DNA of 64,000 nt. Source: Octopus sinensis (lineage: Eukaryota). The notes under the pieces were generated by a model, which did no database searches, had not been told where the DNA came from, and saw nothing but the letters and a program-made list of their open reading frames with translations. Each line of letters begins with the position of its first letter. Within the stretch, counting starts at the first letter, position 1. Made by a program: the position numbers and the translations under genes. The DNA is taken from contig NC_043005.1 of the NCBI RefSeq assembly GCF_006345805.1, positions 90,768,001-90,832,000 on the forward strand, written 5' to 3'. Shown in pieces: positions 1-12,023 of this stretch.

Positions 1-9
1 GCTTTACAG

Positions 10-190
10 GACGATCCAAAGCATAACTTAATTGGTTTCGCTGGTTATTGCTGGTTCATCAGGAGTGTCTACTTCGTTGTTCTACAGAAAACAACCTTAA
101 CTTACAACTATGGAAGAAAGCTATGTGTAGCTGGCATTGATTTTCATAGAAGTACATTCATTAAGAGATGAGGAATTATGTACATTATTT
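10..190 (+). mobile_element. Decayed RTE-like LINE 3' fragment
   Basis: IGFAGYCW...GRKL resembles the RFAGHCWR...GRP C-terminal motif; weak. Confidence 0.35.
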
Positions 191-207
191 ATATTATTTA
201 CATTCGA

Positions 208-298
208 CGGATATGCCCACGGGCATACGGCGTAGTGGTTAAGAGCGCAGGCTACTAACCCCAAGATTCCGAGTTCAATTCCAAGTAGTGACCTGAAC

Positions 299-329
<31 letters not shown>

Positions 330-473
330 TCGAAAAATACCTTAGGAATGAGAACCCAGGTTCGAAATTTCCCCAAGACACATGAAAGAGGCTGGAGGGT
401 ATATCAGCCGAAACATTGTGCTAACAACAAACAAGGTGTGGACAAATATCCGTCGAATGTAAATAATGTATAT
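208..473 (+). mobile_element. tRNA-headed element with (AAT)n and hammerhead-bearing Penelope-type tail, copy 1
   Basis: A box cggcgtagtgg, B box gagttcaattcc, ctactaa anticodon-like loop, (AAT)n, then gaaaaataccttagg...ggctg-gagggtatat-cagcc-gaaac...taaataatgta. Confidence 0.75.
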
Positions 474-1108
474 TCATAAAGACGGTGAACTTGTAGAACC
501 GTTGGTACATTGGACAAAATGCTTAGCAGCGTCTCTTCGGGGGGCCTTTACGTTCTGAGTTCAAATTTCACCGAGGCCAAATTTGTTTTCAATCCTTTCA
601 GGATCGATAAAATATGCACCAGTCAAATACTAGATCTGTGTAATTGATTTGCTCCTTCCCTCAAAACTGTTGGCACTGTGCCAAAATTTGTGACATTATA
701 GTAGTACATTCATCGGCTACGTTTTGACTGTAGTACAGATGTAGCGCGAGTGTGCGGCTAGATTTGAATTACTTTTACATGCGTACGTTAAATAAACACA
801 TTTAATCCAGCTGTGTTAAGTGATGATCTGTTTAAACAAGACTTGCTCTGCAAAACAAGCACCAGGACTCGTACGCATGTAAACATATTTACAGTTTATC
901 CAGATGTGTGTTCTTTGGGCGGGTGTGGCCTTTGTGTTTGTCTCACACAGCTTGACAGCCAGTGTTGGTTTGTTTACGCCCCATAACTTAACGGTTTGGC
1001 AAGAAGAGTCCGATAGAAAAAGTACGACTTAAAAAATAAGTATTGCGGTCGATTTCATCGATTCATCGACTAAACACCTCAAAGCAGTAAAAGCAAGTAA
1101 AAGAATAG

Positions 1109-1178
<70 letters not shown>

Positions 1179-1358
1179 AAGTGTTATAATTTCGATTAAG
1201 CATGGCGATACTAATAACCTGGTGTTATACACATGCTTCAGAACGAAGCGTTAGTCGAGTACAGAGCAGTAATAAGAAATTAGAATGACAAAGGAATAAG
1301 AAATTATATCATGAACTTCATTGGCTTACATCTGTTTCTGCTATAAGATGTAATGCAC

Positions 1359-1772
1359 GAGGCGGCGAGCTGGCAGAAACGTTAGCACGCCGGGCGAAAT
1401 GCGTAGCCGTATTTCGGCTGCCGCTACGTTCTGAGTTCAAATTCCGCCGGGGTCGACTTTGCCTTTCATCCTTTCGGGGGTCGATTAAATAAGTACCAGT
1501 TACGCACTGGGGTCGATGTAATCGACATAATCCGTTTGTCTGTCCTTGTTTGTCCCCTTTGTGTTTAGCCCCTTGTGGGTAGTAAAGAAATAGGTATTTC
1601 GTCTGCCGCTACGTTCTGAGTTCAAATTCCGCCGAGGTCGACTTTGCTTTTCATCCTTTTGGGGTCGATAAAGTACCAGTTACGCACTGGGGTCGATGTA
1701 ATCGACTTAATCCCTTTGTCTGTCTTTGTTTGTCCCCTCTGTGTTTAGCCCCTTGTGGCCAATAAAGAAATA
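1359..1772 (+). mobile_element. tRNA-derived SINE family A, dimeric copy with 17-bp TSD
   Basis: ggcggcgagctggcagaa...gagttcaaattcc (B box)...gcctttcatcctttcggggtcgat (Meta/MESC-like domain, from recall); TSD TATAAGATGTAATGCAC at 1342-58 and 1773-89. Confidence 0.92.
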
Positions 1773-2527
1773 TATAAGATGTAATGCACTCATTGTTGAA
1801 TGCTTGTGTACCACCCCATAGCTTCGTCGGAGCTTCAAACATGAAGAGCAATTTTATCTAGGGAAACATTTGCATTTATATATATCATACACAAAAAAGC
1901 ATTACCGTGGACAAAGCATAATCGTATGTATGAAACGGAACTTTTATTCTACTCTTGGGAAGAGCTTCTCCTCATTAAACCCCTGAATTAATTTCCTACA
2001 TACTGGAGGATTCGTCGGTTACGATGCTGAGAGTTCTAGTTGATTCGATTAACGGAACAACCTGCTCGTGAACTTAACGTGCAAGTGGTTCAGCACTTAA
2101 CAGAGTTCTCAATGGGACACACCGAATGTGTCAAGGCTGGACCGTTGAAATACAGATACAACTCATTTTTGCCAGTTGAGTGGAGTGGAGCAACGCGAAA
2201 TAAAGTGTCTTGCGCAAAGACACAACGCACCGCGGAGAATCGAACTCACGACCTTTCAATCATGGGTCGAATACACTAACCACTAAGCCACTCGTCTTCT
2301 TGCAATGCTTGATCCATACAAGAAATATGTTTTGAGTACGTCCTAAGGTTTTCATCCAGTTTAGCCGTAGCTCAGTTTTGAAACTGAAGTAGTGAGGGAA
2401 AAATCGAACACAACAATTAACATTGTCCCTGAAAATGTAAGCCGACACACCATCGGAATGAAAGACATTGTAGGTTGTTCCCCAACTCCATCTCTTTAAA
2501 AGATATTATCTCTTTTCTTTCATTTAG

Positions 2528-2765
2528 GATGCAGACTTCACTGAATAGAAGCAGAATGAAGAATGCAAAATTATTTGATGAAATTTCTGATTTAAACAAA
2601 GAAATATACAGATACAAAAGACGTCTTGAAAGAGCATACAGACCAATTGATGCTACTTATGAGACAAAGCCAAGACGCCCTGTTTACGACAGTTACTCAA
2701 CACTAAGATGCCCTGAGATATATTATCATGCTCCTTCTTTCGGTTTTTACGATGAAGACTGGGAA
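2528..2765 (+). CDS. Exon of a small uncharacterised protein gene (basic, Tyr-rich)
   Basis: Strong acceptor tctcttttctttcatttag|G ATG at 2528/2529; MQTSLNRSRMKNAKLFDEISDLNKEIYRYKRRLERAYRPIDATYETKPRRPVYDSYSTLRCPEIYYHAPSFGFYDEDWE then GTAAGT at 2766 (phase 0). Confidence 0.65.
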
Positions 2766-2942
2766 GTAAGTTAATTTTAAATAATTTATTTTTACAACAC
2801 TTTATTCATCACAAATTGATTTTAATCTTGTTTAATTTTCGCAAAAAAAGATACCTAAATGTTCCATCTTCTATTGAAATTTTCCCTTTTATATGGCACT
2901 ACTCTGTATTGGAACATGATTTTTGCATTTTCTTAGAGTATA

Positions 2943-4235
2943 CGAGGGGCGTTCAATAAGTAATGCCTCTGACTCACTTGCAATTGTTTAATCTAGCTGA
3001 AATTTTGCATGTGTAATTATTTATATCTCTATAGATTAAATGGTAAATTACAGCTCTGAACTAATTGTGGTTTCTGATTTACAGGTGTTTGAACTGAGTC
3101 AAGTGTGAAATGGAGCCTGTTGAGTGTCGGGCAGTGATCCGCTTTTTATATTTGAAAGGACGCACACAACGGGAGACTTTTGATGAAATGAAAGTAACTT
3201 ATGGTGATGATGCCCCATCATATGACCTTGTAAAACGCTGGCATTGTGAATTCAAACATGGTCGGAACTCTGTGGAAACAGCTCCCAGATCTGGTCGCCC
3301 CCCTACTGCTATTGATGAGGCATCTGTCCATCAAGTTGAGGCTGCCATTTTGGAAGATCGACGCATAACTATTCGCCAAATAGCCCATAAGGTCAAGATT
3401 AGTACCGGGTCTGTGGAAACCAATCATTCATGACCATTTGCATATGCAAAAGGTGTCTGCCAGATGGATTCCCAGGTTGCTCACATCTTTCCGGAAGCAA
3501 GAACGCGTCGAGTGCTTGAGGATGAATTTGGAGATGTGCCAAGAAGATGAATCAAAATTTTTCAAAAGACTGATTACACAGGATGAAACCTGGGTCCATC
3601 ACTATGATCCAGAGACAAAAGCCCAGTCAATGCAGTGGAAGCACCGTGACTCACCTCCTCCAAAGAAGGCAAGGGTGCAGCCCTCCGCTAGCAAGGTCAT
3701 GCTCATAGTCTTCTGGGACCAGGACGGAGTAGTGATGACAGATTTCCTGGCAAAGGGTACCACAATTACAGGAGCCTATTATGCTTCACTTTTGATGAAA
3801 TTAAGAGAAGCTATCAAAATCAAGAGGCGGGGCAAGATCAGCAAAGGCATCCTCCTCCTGCAGGACAACGCTCCGGTCCACAACTCGATGGTCGCCAGAT
3901 CAGAAGCACAGGCATGCGGCTATGAACTCCTCCCCCATGCCCCTACTCTCTTGACCTTGCACCCTCGGATTTTCACCTCTTCCCAGCCATGAAGTTGTTT
4001 TTGAAAGGAAAGCGTTTCCCAGATGATGCAGCCTTGATTTCTGAAGCCACGTCGTGGTTGGAGGACCAAGCTGGGGTCTTCTACAAAAACGGTCTCCAGA
4101 GCTGCATCAAACGATGGGAGAAATGCGTAACTCTGGGTGGTTTCTATGTAGAAAAAGACTGATAACTGTGCCAAGTTTCGTTGCTCTACTGCTATGGGAA
4201 GTGGGTCAGGGGCATTACTTATTGAACGCCCCTCA
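2943..4235 (+). mobile_element. Full-length mariner (DD34D) DNA transposon, 1293 bp
   Basis: 37-bp TIRs (2943-2979, 4199-4235; 3 mismatches), TA duplication at 2941-42 and 4236-37; lies in the intron of the small gene. Confidence 0.97.
3110..4162 (+). pseudogene. Mariner transposase with two compensating 1-bp frameshifts (about 350 aa when repaired)
   Basis: HTH region, WIPRLL, QDETW, QDNAP and (YS)LDLAPSD with 34 residues between the last two Asp; +1 at about 3421 and -1 at about 3943. Confidence 0.95.
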
Positions 4236-4291
4236 TACCTTGATACATCACGTCAATGCAGACTTTCACTATTATAATCGCATTTTAGTAA

Positions 4292-4678
4292 TCTATATAT
4301 ATAAAGCTGAAGTTGTCTGTGTATGGCAAGTTTGGTAGCCTTCAACTAACACTATTTCCTCCGAGACTCTGCGGTACAAGTTGACCAAAATTGAGAGTAT
4401 GATAGAAGGCTTGTTCTTCCTTCCGTAGAAGACAAAATTCAAATCAGAGCAGGTTAACACCAAAAATTATTTACATCAAAAAGGTGCTTTTTTTCTATGA
4501 AAATCCCTATTTTTTACGATTTTTTTACTGCTGTATCGCCATTTTTCGGTGTATTTCAACCAGAAACATGTTCACTTAAAGAGAATAACAAGCTACATAA
4601 TGCAAAATTTTTACTATTCAAAAGTTCCAATTCTAAAGGGTCGAAACAAACCCGAGCAACGCCGGGCGATACTGCTAG
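4292..4678 (+). mobile_element. Non-autonomous Helitron, copy 1 (387 bp)
   Basis: A|TCTATATATATAAA...CCCGAGCAACGCCGGG hairpin...CTAG|T; no TSD; near-identical copies at 10.7 and 18.0 kb. Confidence 0.85.
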
Positions 4679-5074
4679 TTATAGTAATTATTCCTTCAAT
4701 AAGTAATTGATTATCTGCGGAGCGTCCAGAGTTATATCCAAACAGTGTTAGGATGTTGAAACAATATAACTGTAATTATTAACAATAATATTTTAAAAGA
4801 TAGTCCAGTTCTGTATGGTATTTCGAAGCCCAGTCCTGAATTTCTAATGTTAGATCAGGCACTGCTACTAACACATAGTATAGGTAATTCCATTAACAAA
4901 ACGTCAAGAACTTGCTAAAGTTCTTCTCTTTCATTCCTTTAGTTTTCTTTACTGCAACAATACTTGTGACTTCTTAAATATATTTGTAGTAATTACATAG
5001 AGGACATTGTCCGAGTATATCTAATAATTATAGTCTATAATATGCATGGAGTGCATTTTGTTCTTGTTCGATAT

Positions 5075-5144
<70 letters not shown>

Positions 5145-5199
5145 GAACGTTGAGCTGGATTGAATGAATAAGAGAAGGGCACTCAATATGTTGTGTAGA

Positions 5200-5950
5200 A
5201 TATAAGGAATGAACTGAATGTTATCTTGCGATTCGAGTTTCAAATCATTGCGATCTTCAGGTAAGAACTGTTAAAAATAGGTTTGATGGTGTCTTTATAT
5301 TCGTTGGTATCCCTCTGATCACATCTTGTATTTCCTTACGGGTTTGGGTAAGGATTTGCTTTCATTTTTCTGCCTCGTCAGTGAGTATTTTGTTTTCTGA
5401 TGGATTGGTTATCTTTTGTCTGTTACTGATAAAGGGCCTGCTTTTAATTTGTTATCTGTATATTCTGCTATTTTAGTTAAAGCTGTATTTTGAACTATCC
5501 ATTTGCTTAACTGTCTAGATGTCCACTTCGTGGAATATTTCGATTTGTTGCTTATGTTTTCTAACCCTATCTATTAGTTTTGATCCTGTTTGGCCGATAT
5601 AATTCTCAATGCATCGTAGACAGATAATGCAGTAAATATGAAGTTTTTTTTTTTTTTTCAATTCATTTTTACCATTAACTTTCAATTCTTTCCCGTTCTT
5701 GAAATTTTTAGTTTTGCTAAAATTCAATTAATTCACATGTCCCACGACGAAGGTGTTCGCGCTTTGTTTCCTGCATTTTCTCTTCTGATGTGAATTTTAT
5801 CTTCGTAAAGAGTCTTTTAAGATTTCTTTAATGTCTTCAGCTGTTGTTAATTTGTAACTCTCATTTTTCCCAGGCTTGATGATTGCTGTAGAAATGGAAG
5901 GTACTTTTTGGTAAAATGTAAGATGTTTCTAGGATTATCGGGTAGTACAA
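5200..5950 (-). mobile_element. Penelope-like retroelement 3' fragment (GIY-YIG endonuclease)
   Basis: LHIYCIICLRCIENYIGQTGSKLIDRVRKHKQQI at 5515-5660; hammerhead remnant downstream at about 5224-5268. Confidence 0.8.
5224..5268 (-). ncRNA. Decayed hammerhead motif at the Penelope 3' end
   Basis: tcttac CTGAAGA tc gcaa tga ttt GAAAC TCGA ATC gcaaga; stem I pairs 5 of 6. Confidence 0.5.
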
Positions 5951-6130
5951 ATGGAATATTTGTGTTTTTCTCTTCACTCTCATTTTGAGTGTTTCTCCGT
6001 AAGTGAGAGATCGAAATTTCTTTTGCCGTGGTTATGGCATGCTTTTTACGTTTTTACGTTTTTCCGGTATTTTCGTTTCTACAGGATTGTTTTTAGTTTT
6101 GTCAGTTGTCTCACTAGTCAAATATACAGA

Positions 6131-6189
<59 letters not shown>

Positions 6190-6469
6190 TTTTTTTGTTT
6201 TTGAAGGATGGTTTAGATAAAAACAAGCAAAAGGGAAAAGGTTGAAAAAGTTTCTGATGAAACGAATGAGCACTAAAATTTCTCCGGTTGGATTGTGGAG
6301 ACCGGTTAAATGAGTGATGGATATTTGTTCAAGCTACCAGTTGTTCTCAAATAAAGACAAAGTCGTCATACAAAGTTTGCAATGAATCACATTTATTTAC
6401 ATAAAGACGTTACAGAGATTTACTGCCGAAAATATTAAACTGAAAGCCAGTTTATTTGGCTATAGGTGA

Positions 6470-6690
6470 AATAATTCTATCTTTGTGTTCGTTGTAGCCG
6501 AGGTGATTCTTTTTAACTCGAGGTTGTCACCCCTTGAACTTCAGCTTTCACATGACTCTCTGTGCTGAATGGGAAGAACCCCATTCCGGAGATTTGTATT
6601 CGCGACCGTACTCTTTCGGTCATTACCCAACATTTATGACCATAGGTGAAGACAGACACGAAACCGAATTGAGCTAGTTAACAGAATAGA
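6470..6690 (-). mobile_element. RTE-clade LINE fragment
   Basis: SVFTYGHKCWVMTERVRSRIQISGMGF matches the RTE post-RT motif LTYG.E.WVMTERVRSR.QA.EMGF. Confidence 0.75.
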
Positions 6691-7380
6691 TACTGTTACT
6701 GCTAATTTTGTTAAGTTACAGACCGGAGTGTAGCGTCGTCAAAGGTTCATCTAATGCATGAGATATAGATGTCACGGCGAGCTATTAATTGTACTCTGGC
6801 GAAATGAATGTATTATATCATCAAATCGCATTTATCAAACACATGATCGTTGTCCTCGGTATCCAAGGACGAGATAAGCTTTTGATGCAGAAATTCTTCA
6901 CTTAACAAAAATTCGTTGAGTGGAAACCCTTCTAAATCTGCGTTTTGTGGTGAATTAAATACAAATACTGGTGGCAGTAAGCATCACGGACAACGTTTAT
7001 AGAACTGTATCAAACGCCTTAAAAACATAAAATTATCAATTCCTCTAAGCTTACGTTCATTCTCTGGTACTAGAAGCTAGAGGAATCGCTTACAATAAGG
7101 AGTTATGAGTGAAAATTCAAACATTCATGATAGTGAATTTATATATGTATGTCTGTATGTATGTATGCATACATATACGCATACATATATACATACATGC
7201 ATACATACATACATACATACATACATACATGTATGTGTGTTTGTTTGCCTATGCAAACATATGTATGATTAAATATGTATAAAAGTTTTTCATTAATGGG
7301 AATCTATTTACTCTGAATCTTGTTTGTGTATTATATAAATGATTTCAAATAAAACGCATTTACTCTCTATTTTTCCATAG

Positions 7381-7488
7381 ATAAAAAGAGCTCCAGCCCC
7401 TGCAGATCCTGTTGTCCAGAAGTCGTACCGAACTAAAGACGGAGTTTTACACCATATTTATACAGTAAAATCTGCACTCAAGTATTAA
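7381..7488 (+). CDS. Terminal exon of the same small gene
   Basis: Acceptor ttactctctatttttccatag|; phase 0 reads IKRAPAPADPVVQKSYRTKDGVLHHIYTVKSALKY*; joins in frame to the 2765 donor; AATAAA at 8047. Confidence 0.6.
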   Translation: MKRAPAPADPVVQKSYRTKDGVLHHIYTVKSALKY

Positions 7489-8679
7489 AATACTAAAAGA
7501 ATATAAACTATTCTGTCCAGAACTTACGTTAGTAAACACTTTGAAAATATGAAGTAACTTATAACAGTGATTATTTCAGTTGATTTGTTTTTCATTTGCC
7601 TGTCGACATTAACAACTAATATTGCTATTTATTTGGTTCAATTTCATATTTAACATCTTCGGCGAGAAGAAGTAATATTTTAAATCCGGTATTGAAAGAC
7701 AATGACAACCGGAAAAAAGAAATGGATTTGAAAGTTGGCTTTCACCCTGTTTAACGACCACGCTTACTTTCTGCTTATTTTCTGACAGAATGTTCCGACT
7801 TGTATAAAAGCAGTTTCTAACAATATACAATATTGTTATAATGCATTCCCTGCAAGAAAATAAGAAATACATTTAAAAAATGTAAATGCGTCAAGAATAT
7901 TGTTTGGTAATTATAATGCATTCGTAACTTTATGTAACAACATAAATTTCCATAAAATAAATTGATATACCATCTTACAAGCATTCTGTTTAAACATCAT
8001 TAACGAATGTTGAAAAATAATGTATTCTTAATATAAAGCTTAAGAGAATAAAACATCATTTATGTATGGAATAAATAATCTTATTGATTATTTTTAGCGA
8101 TATAAAGTGAAACTTAAAACAGATGATATTTTCAAGAAATTCAGGACATTGAAAACATCGATCATAAAACAACGTAAAAGATTTAGTTCTAATTGAAAGT
8201 TTTAATTTAATGAATTAATGCATGTGGTAAATACATATGAAAGTGAAGTTCTAAACGAAGCCAGAGACATAATGGAGAAATTTTCGTTTCAATCCGAACA
8301 ACAAATTAAATGGCAATTTTAAAAGAAGGAACGTGGTTGTTTATTTATTGATTTTAATGAGAGACAATCCCCAGAGTTGGACAGCTTTTCAGCTGAGACA
8401 AAAATTGCGATAACTTTCGGTTTTGCATTTAGTTTGAATTAAATCTGAAAGAAATGTTTTTGCTATAACTCTAATTATAGTTATAATTTTCAGTGGAGGA
8501 TCTGTATTTAGGTATTTTATTTCACTTTTCAATGTTTCGTGTTTCAACTTCTACTGAAATTACTCAAAAGCCAGTATACACGGAATGAATCAGGCAAACC
8601 CCAACAGATGGGTTGTAATGATAAATGGGGATATCGTACTTTCTTTATACAGCATTACATAAAAAGAGACTCAAGTCAA

Positions 8680-8910
8680 GGCGGCGAGCTGACAGAATCG
8701 CTAACATGCCGGGCGAAATGCGTAGCCGTATTTCGTCTGCCGTTACGTTCTGAGTTCAAATTCCGCCGAGGTCGACTTTGCCTTTCATCCTTTCGGGGTC
8801 GATAAATTAAGTACCAGTTACGCACTGTGGTCGATGTAATCGACTTAATCCGTTTGTCTGTCCTTGTTTGTCCCCTCTGTGTTTAGCCCCTTGTGGGTAG
8901 TAAAGAAATA
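8680..8910 (+). mobile_element. SINE family A monomer
   Basis: Full-length match to family A; CpGs retained. Confidence 0.9.
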
Positions 8911-9078
8911 GATATAGTTCTAACTTATCCCCAAGGATTCAAACTTATCAAAAAGCGATTTCTTCGACATTACTTTCTAAAATGGTTCAAGTTTATATAG
9001 ATCTTGCTCTCTCTTCAAGAAAATCGCCTGTCTCTTAATCCTCACTTCACGCACATACGCGTCTAAAAGTTTACATAT

Positions 9079-9503
9079 AGGCGTAGGAGTGGCTGTGTGG
9101 TAAGTAGCTTGTTTACGAACCACATGGCTCCGGGTTCAGTCCCACTGCATGGCACCTTGGGCAAGTGCCTTCTACTATAGCCTCGGGCTGGCTAAAACCT
9201 TGTGAGTGGATTTGGTAGACGGAAACAGAAAGAATCCCGTCGTATATATGTATATATATATATGTATATATGTATGTGTGTATACGTTTGTGTGTCTGTG
9301 TTTGTCACCCCAACATCGTTCACAACCGATGCTGGTATGTTTACGTCCCCGTAACCTAGCGGTTCGACAAAATAGACCGACAGAATATGTACTAGGCTTA
9401 CAAAGAATAAGTCCTAGGGTCGATTTACTCAACTGAAGGCGGTGCTCCAGCATGGCCACAGTCAAATGACTGAAACAATTAAATGAGTAAAAGAGAGTAA
9501 AAG
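9079..9503 (+). mobile_element. tRNA/CORE-like SINE family B
   Basis: aggcg(c/t)aggagtggctgtgtggtaag...gggttcagtccc...caccttgggcaagtgtcttc, internal (TA)/(TG) microsatellite, (aaaagagt)n tail. Confidence 0.9.
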
Positions 9504-9739
9504 AGTATATGTGTATACACACACACACACGCACACACGCACGCACGCGCACAGTGTCGATGCGTAGTCTAGTAGTCACGATCATAATAATACCTAGCTT
9601 CAATTCCTTCCTGGACCGAGCGGCGCCTTATGTCCTTGAGCAAAGTACTTCAATTCCCGTTGCTCTAGTATACTCAATTTAAATTAATACCAACTGATTC
9701 AGTTCTCTCTCACCCTCTCTCTCTCTCTCCCTCCACCCC

Positions 9740-9791
<52 letters not shown>

Positions 9792-10689
9792 ATGGGCTCC
9801 TGCAGTCCAGAAAGTGTCTCTGCCTGCTCGCAAGGCACCTAAACCAAAGAGGAAAATGAAACAATTAGCATGGTACATATTTCTCAAAAGAGACACCAAC
9901 TTAACAATGTAAAGAAATTCACATAGATAAACAATATTTTCTCTCGTGATTGTAAGATAGCTAACGAGCTGTTGCCATCCGCCCATCCATCTTGTTCGTC
10001 CAGTGTTCCCGGGAGTGTCTTCCTTTCTCTTTCTCCTTCTCAAACACACACACACACATTGTTGTGTTTTGGGAGAGTCATAACGCCAATAATAACAAAA
10101 TATACGCACAGGTTCAGTTCCACTTCTTTGTCGGTCTATTGGTTATATCTGACCGAACTAACTGATCAATTGTTTGTATAATGTGCTGGTTAAACAATTA
10201 AGCGGTTGCTTGTAACTCAAAGTTCGTCAAAGTTCTTCCATCGCGGTTCGCGACCTTTCCGGTGGCTTGGTGACCTTTCTTTTCGCTCAACCTATTTATG
10301 CATTTGTTTATCTATTTATCTTTTTTTATTATTATTATAGCGCCAAGCAGTTGAAGTTGCTCGAAACACTAAATACAGTTTTATGGTGCTCAAATTTTGT
10401 CGATAAATTTGCGATTAGTTTTAGCTGCTACGGAAAAAAAAAAAGAAAAAACTAAATGCATTAAATGTATCCGCTAAACGAATAGACTATATAAAAATAG
10501 ACTACGTACTGTTCGTTCACTCTTCACAGTAGCAACGCAATCTAATCTGTCAGATGGAACTGTGCAGATGTAAGCATTTTGCCATTGGATTTACCTACAT
10601 CAACAATAATCTCTATCAATTAATATCAGTGAGATACGTCTCCACAAATGCCTAGATTTATGGAAAATATCTTGTCATTTAATTCTCAA

Positions 10690-11086
10690 CAAGCAGTATC
10701 GCCCGGCGTTGCTTGGGTTTGTTTCGACCCTTTAAAATTGGAATTTTTGAAAAGTAAAAATTTTGCATTATGTAGCTTGTTATTCTCTTTAAGTGAACAT
10801 TTTTCTGGTTGAAATACACCGAAAATTGGCGACAATGCAGTCAAAAAATCGTAAAAAATAGGGATTTTCATAGAAAAAAAAATAGCACCTTTTTGATGTA
10901 AATAATTTTTGGTGTTAACATGGTCCGATTTGAATTTTTTTCTTCTACAGAAGGGAGAGCAAGCCTTCTTCTATCATACTCTCAATTTTGGTCAACTTGC
11001 GCCGCAGGGTCTCGGAGGAGATAGTGTTAATTGAAGGCTACCAAACCTGCCATACACAGACAACTTCAGCTTTATATATAGAGAGA
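10690..11086 (-). mobile_element. Non-autonomous Helitron, copy 2
   Basis: Reverse complement of 4292-4678; terminal CTAG mutated to CTTG. Confidence 0.85.
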
Positions 11087-12023
11087 TATAGTGGTAATAG
11101 TATGTGAGCATGCGCTGTAACAGAGCGTTGCCGCATCCACGATTTGTTGATGAATCCTGGCGTATGACACCTGTACATCACTCAGGTGACAACCCTCCAA
11201 TTTATGGGTTTCTTTTGGGTAGTCGTTGTCGGTGATGGTTTTATGAAGTTGAAGAGCAAATCTTGCCTCAATATCCTTTGATCACCTTTTACGTCAGACA
11301 TTGTTCTGAAAACAAAAAGAACTAGCTGCAGAGGAGACTTGTTAATAAATTATTATCAAAGTCAAAGATGCCCTGTTAAACTCCAATATCTTGGGAAAGT
11401 TTATATATCTAACCGAATTTGGTAAACTGATAGATTAAAACTTGTCTTTTGTTAGACTTTAAAATTGCTTAATCTTTCAAACACTATAACTGGAATTTCT
11501 TCGATATCATTTTCCGGCAGAATACCAATCTTTTAATGCCTTCGGCAAAATATATTCCTAATTCATTCTCCAAGCTAGTACTCTTCACCGAAGCCCATGA
11601 TTTTTATTCCACAAATTCTTTTAATACACAATCTTTCACATTACACAACTTTTAACGCTGTACAAGTTTATCACTTTGTGTTACGCGTTCATATCTATGT
11701 GTATACGTAGGTATACGTATGCATGAATACATCCCCACTACTGGCACTATTTGTTAGTAAACAGTATGAACTGCATCTAAGGCGGATAGGCACAATGTGT
11801 ATCGCTCCGCTGTATGAGATAGTTCGTAAACAGGTTAAGCAAAATAAACACGTAAAACAATAACAATGCCTTCAGTGAGTTGTCTATCATCCCATCACGA
11901 ACGAAAGAATGCATAACACTTTGAAAATTGTCCCATGCTGCGCTACTTCCTACAGTGGTTTTTGTTGTTATTGCAGTTAATTTCACCACCTCCAGAAAAA
12001 TTACCACTGATTTTATTATCTTT

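Noticed and set aside
208-290. tRNA gene
   Set aside because: A and B boxes are present but acceptor and anticodon stems do not pair properly and it continues into a repeat body; it is a SINE head. The same applies at 46194, 47312 and 56617.
1361-1772. CRISPR-like or regularly spaced repeat array
   Set aside because: Eukaryotic SINE dimer with a TSD; no unique spacers or cas genes.
5190-5266. Plus-strand exon ending cttcag|gtaaga within the small gene's intron
   Set aside because: Phase 2 would create an immediate stop on joining 7381, and the site is the antisense of a Penelope hammerhead core.
11490-11640. Possible mariner C-terminal remnant on the minus strand (IYFAEGIKRLV)
   Set aside because: Similarity too short to support a call.
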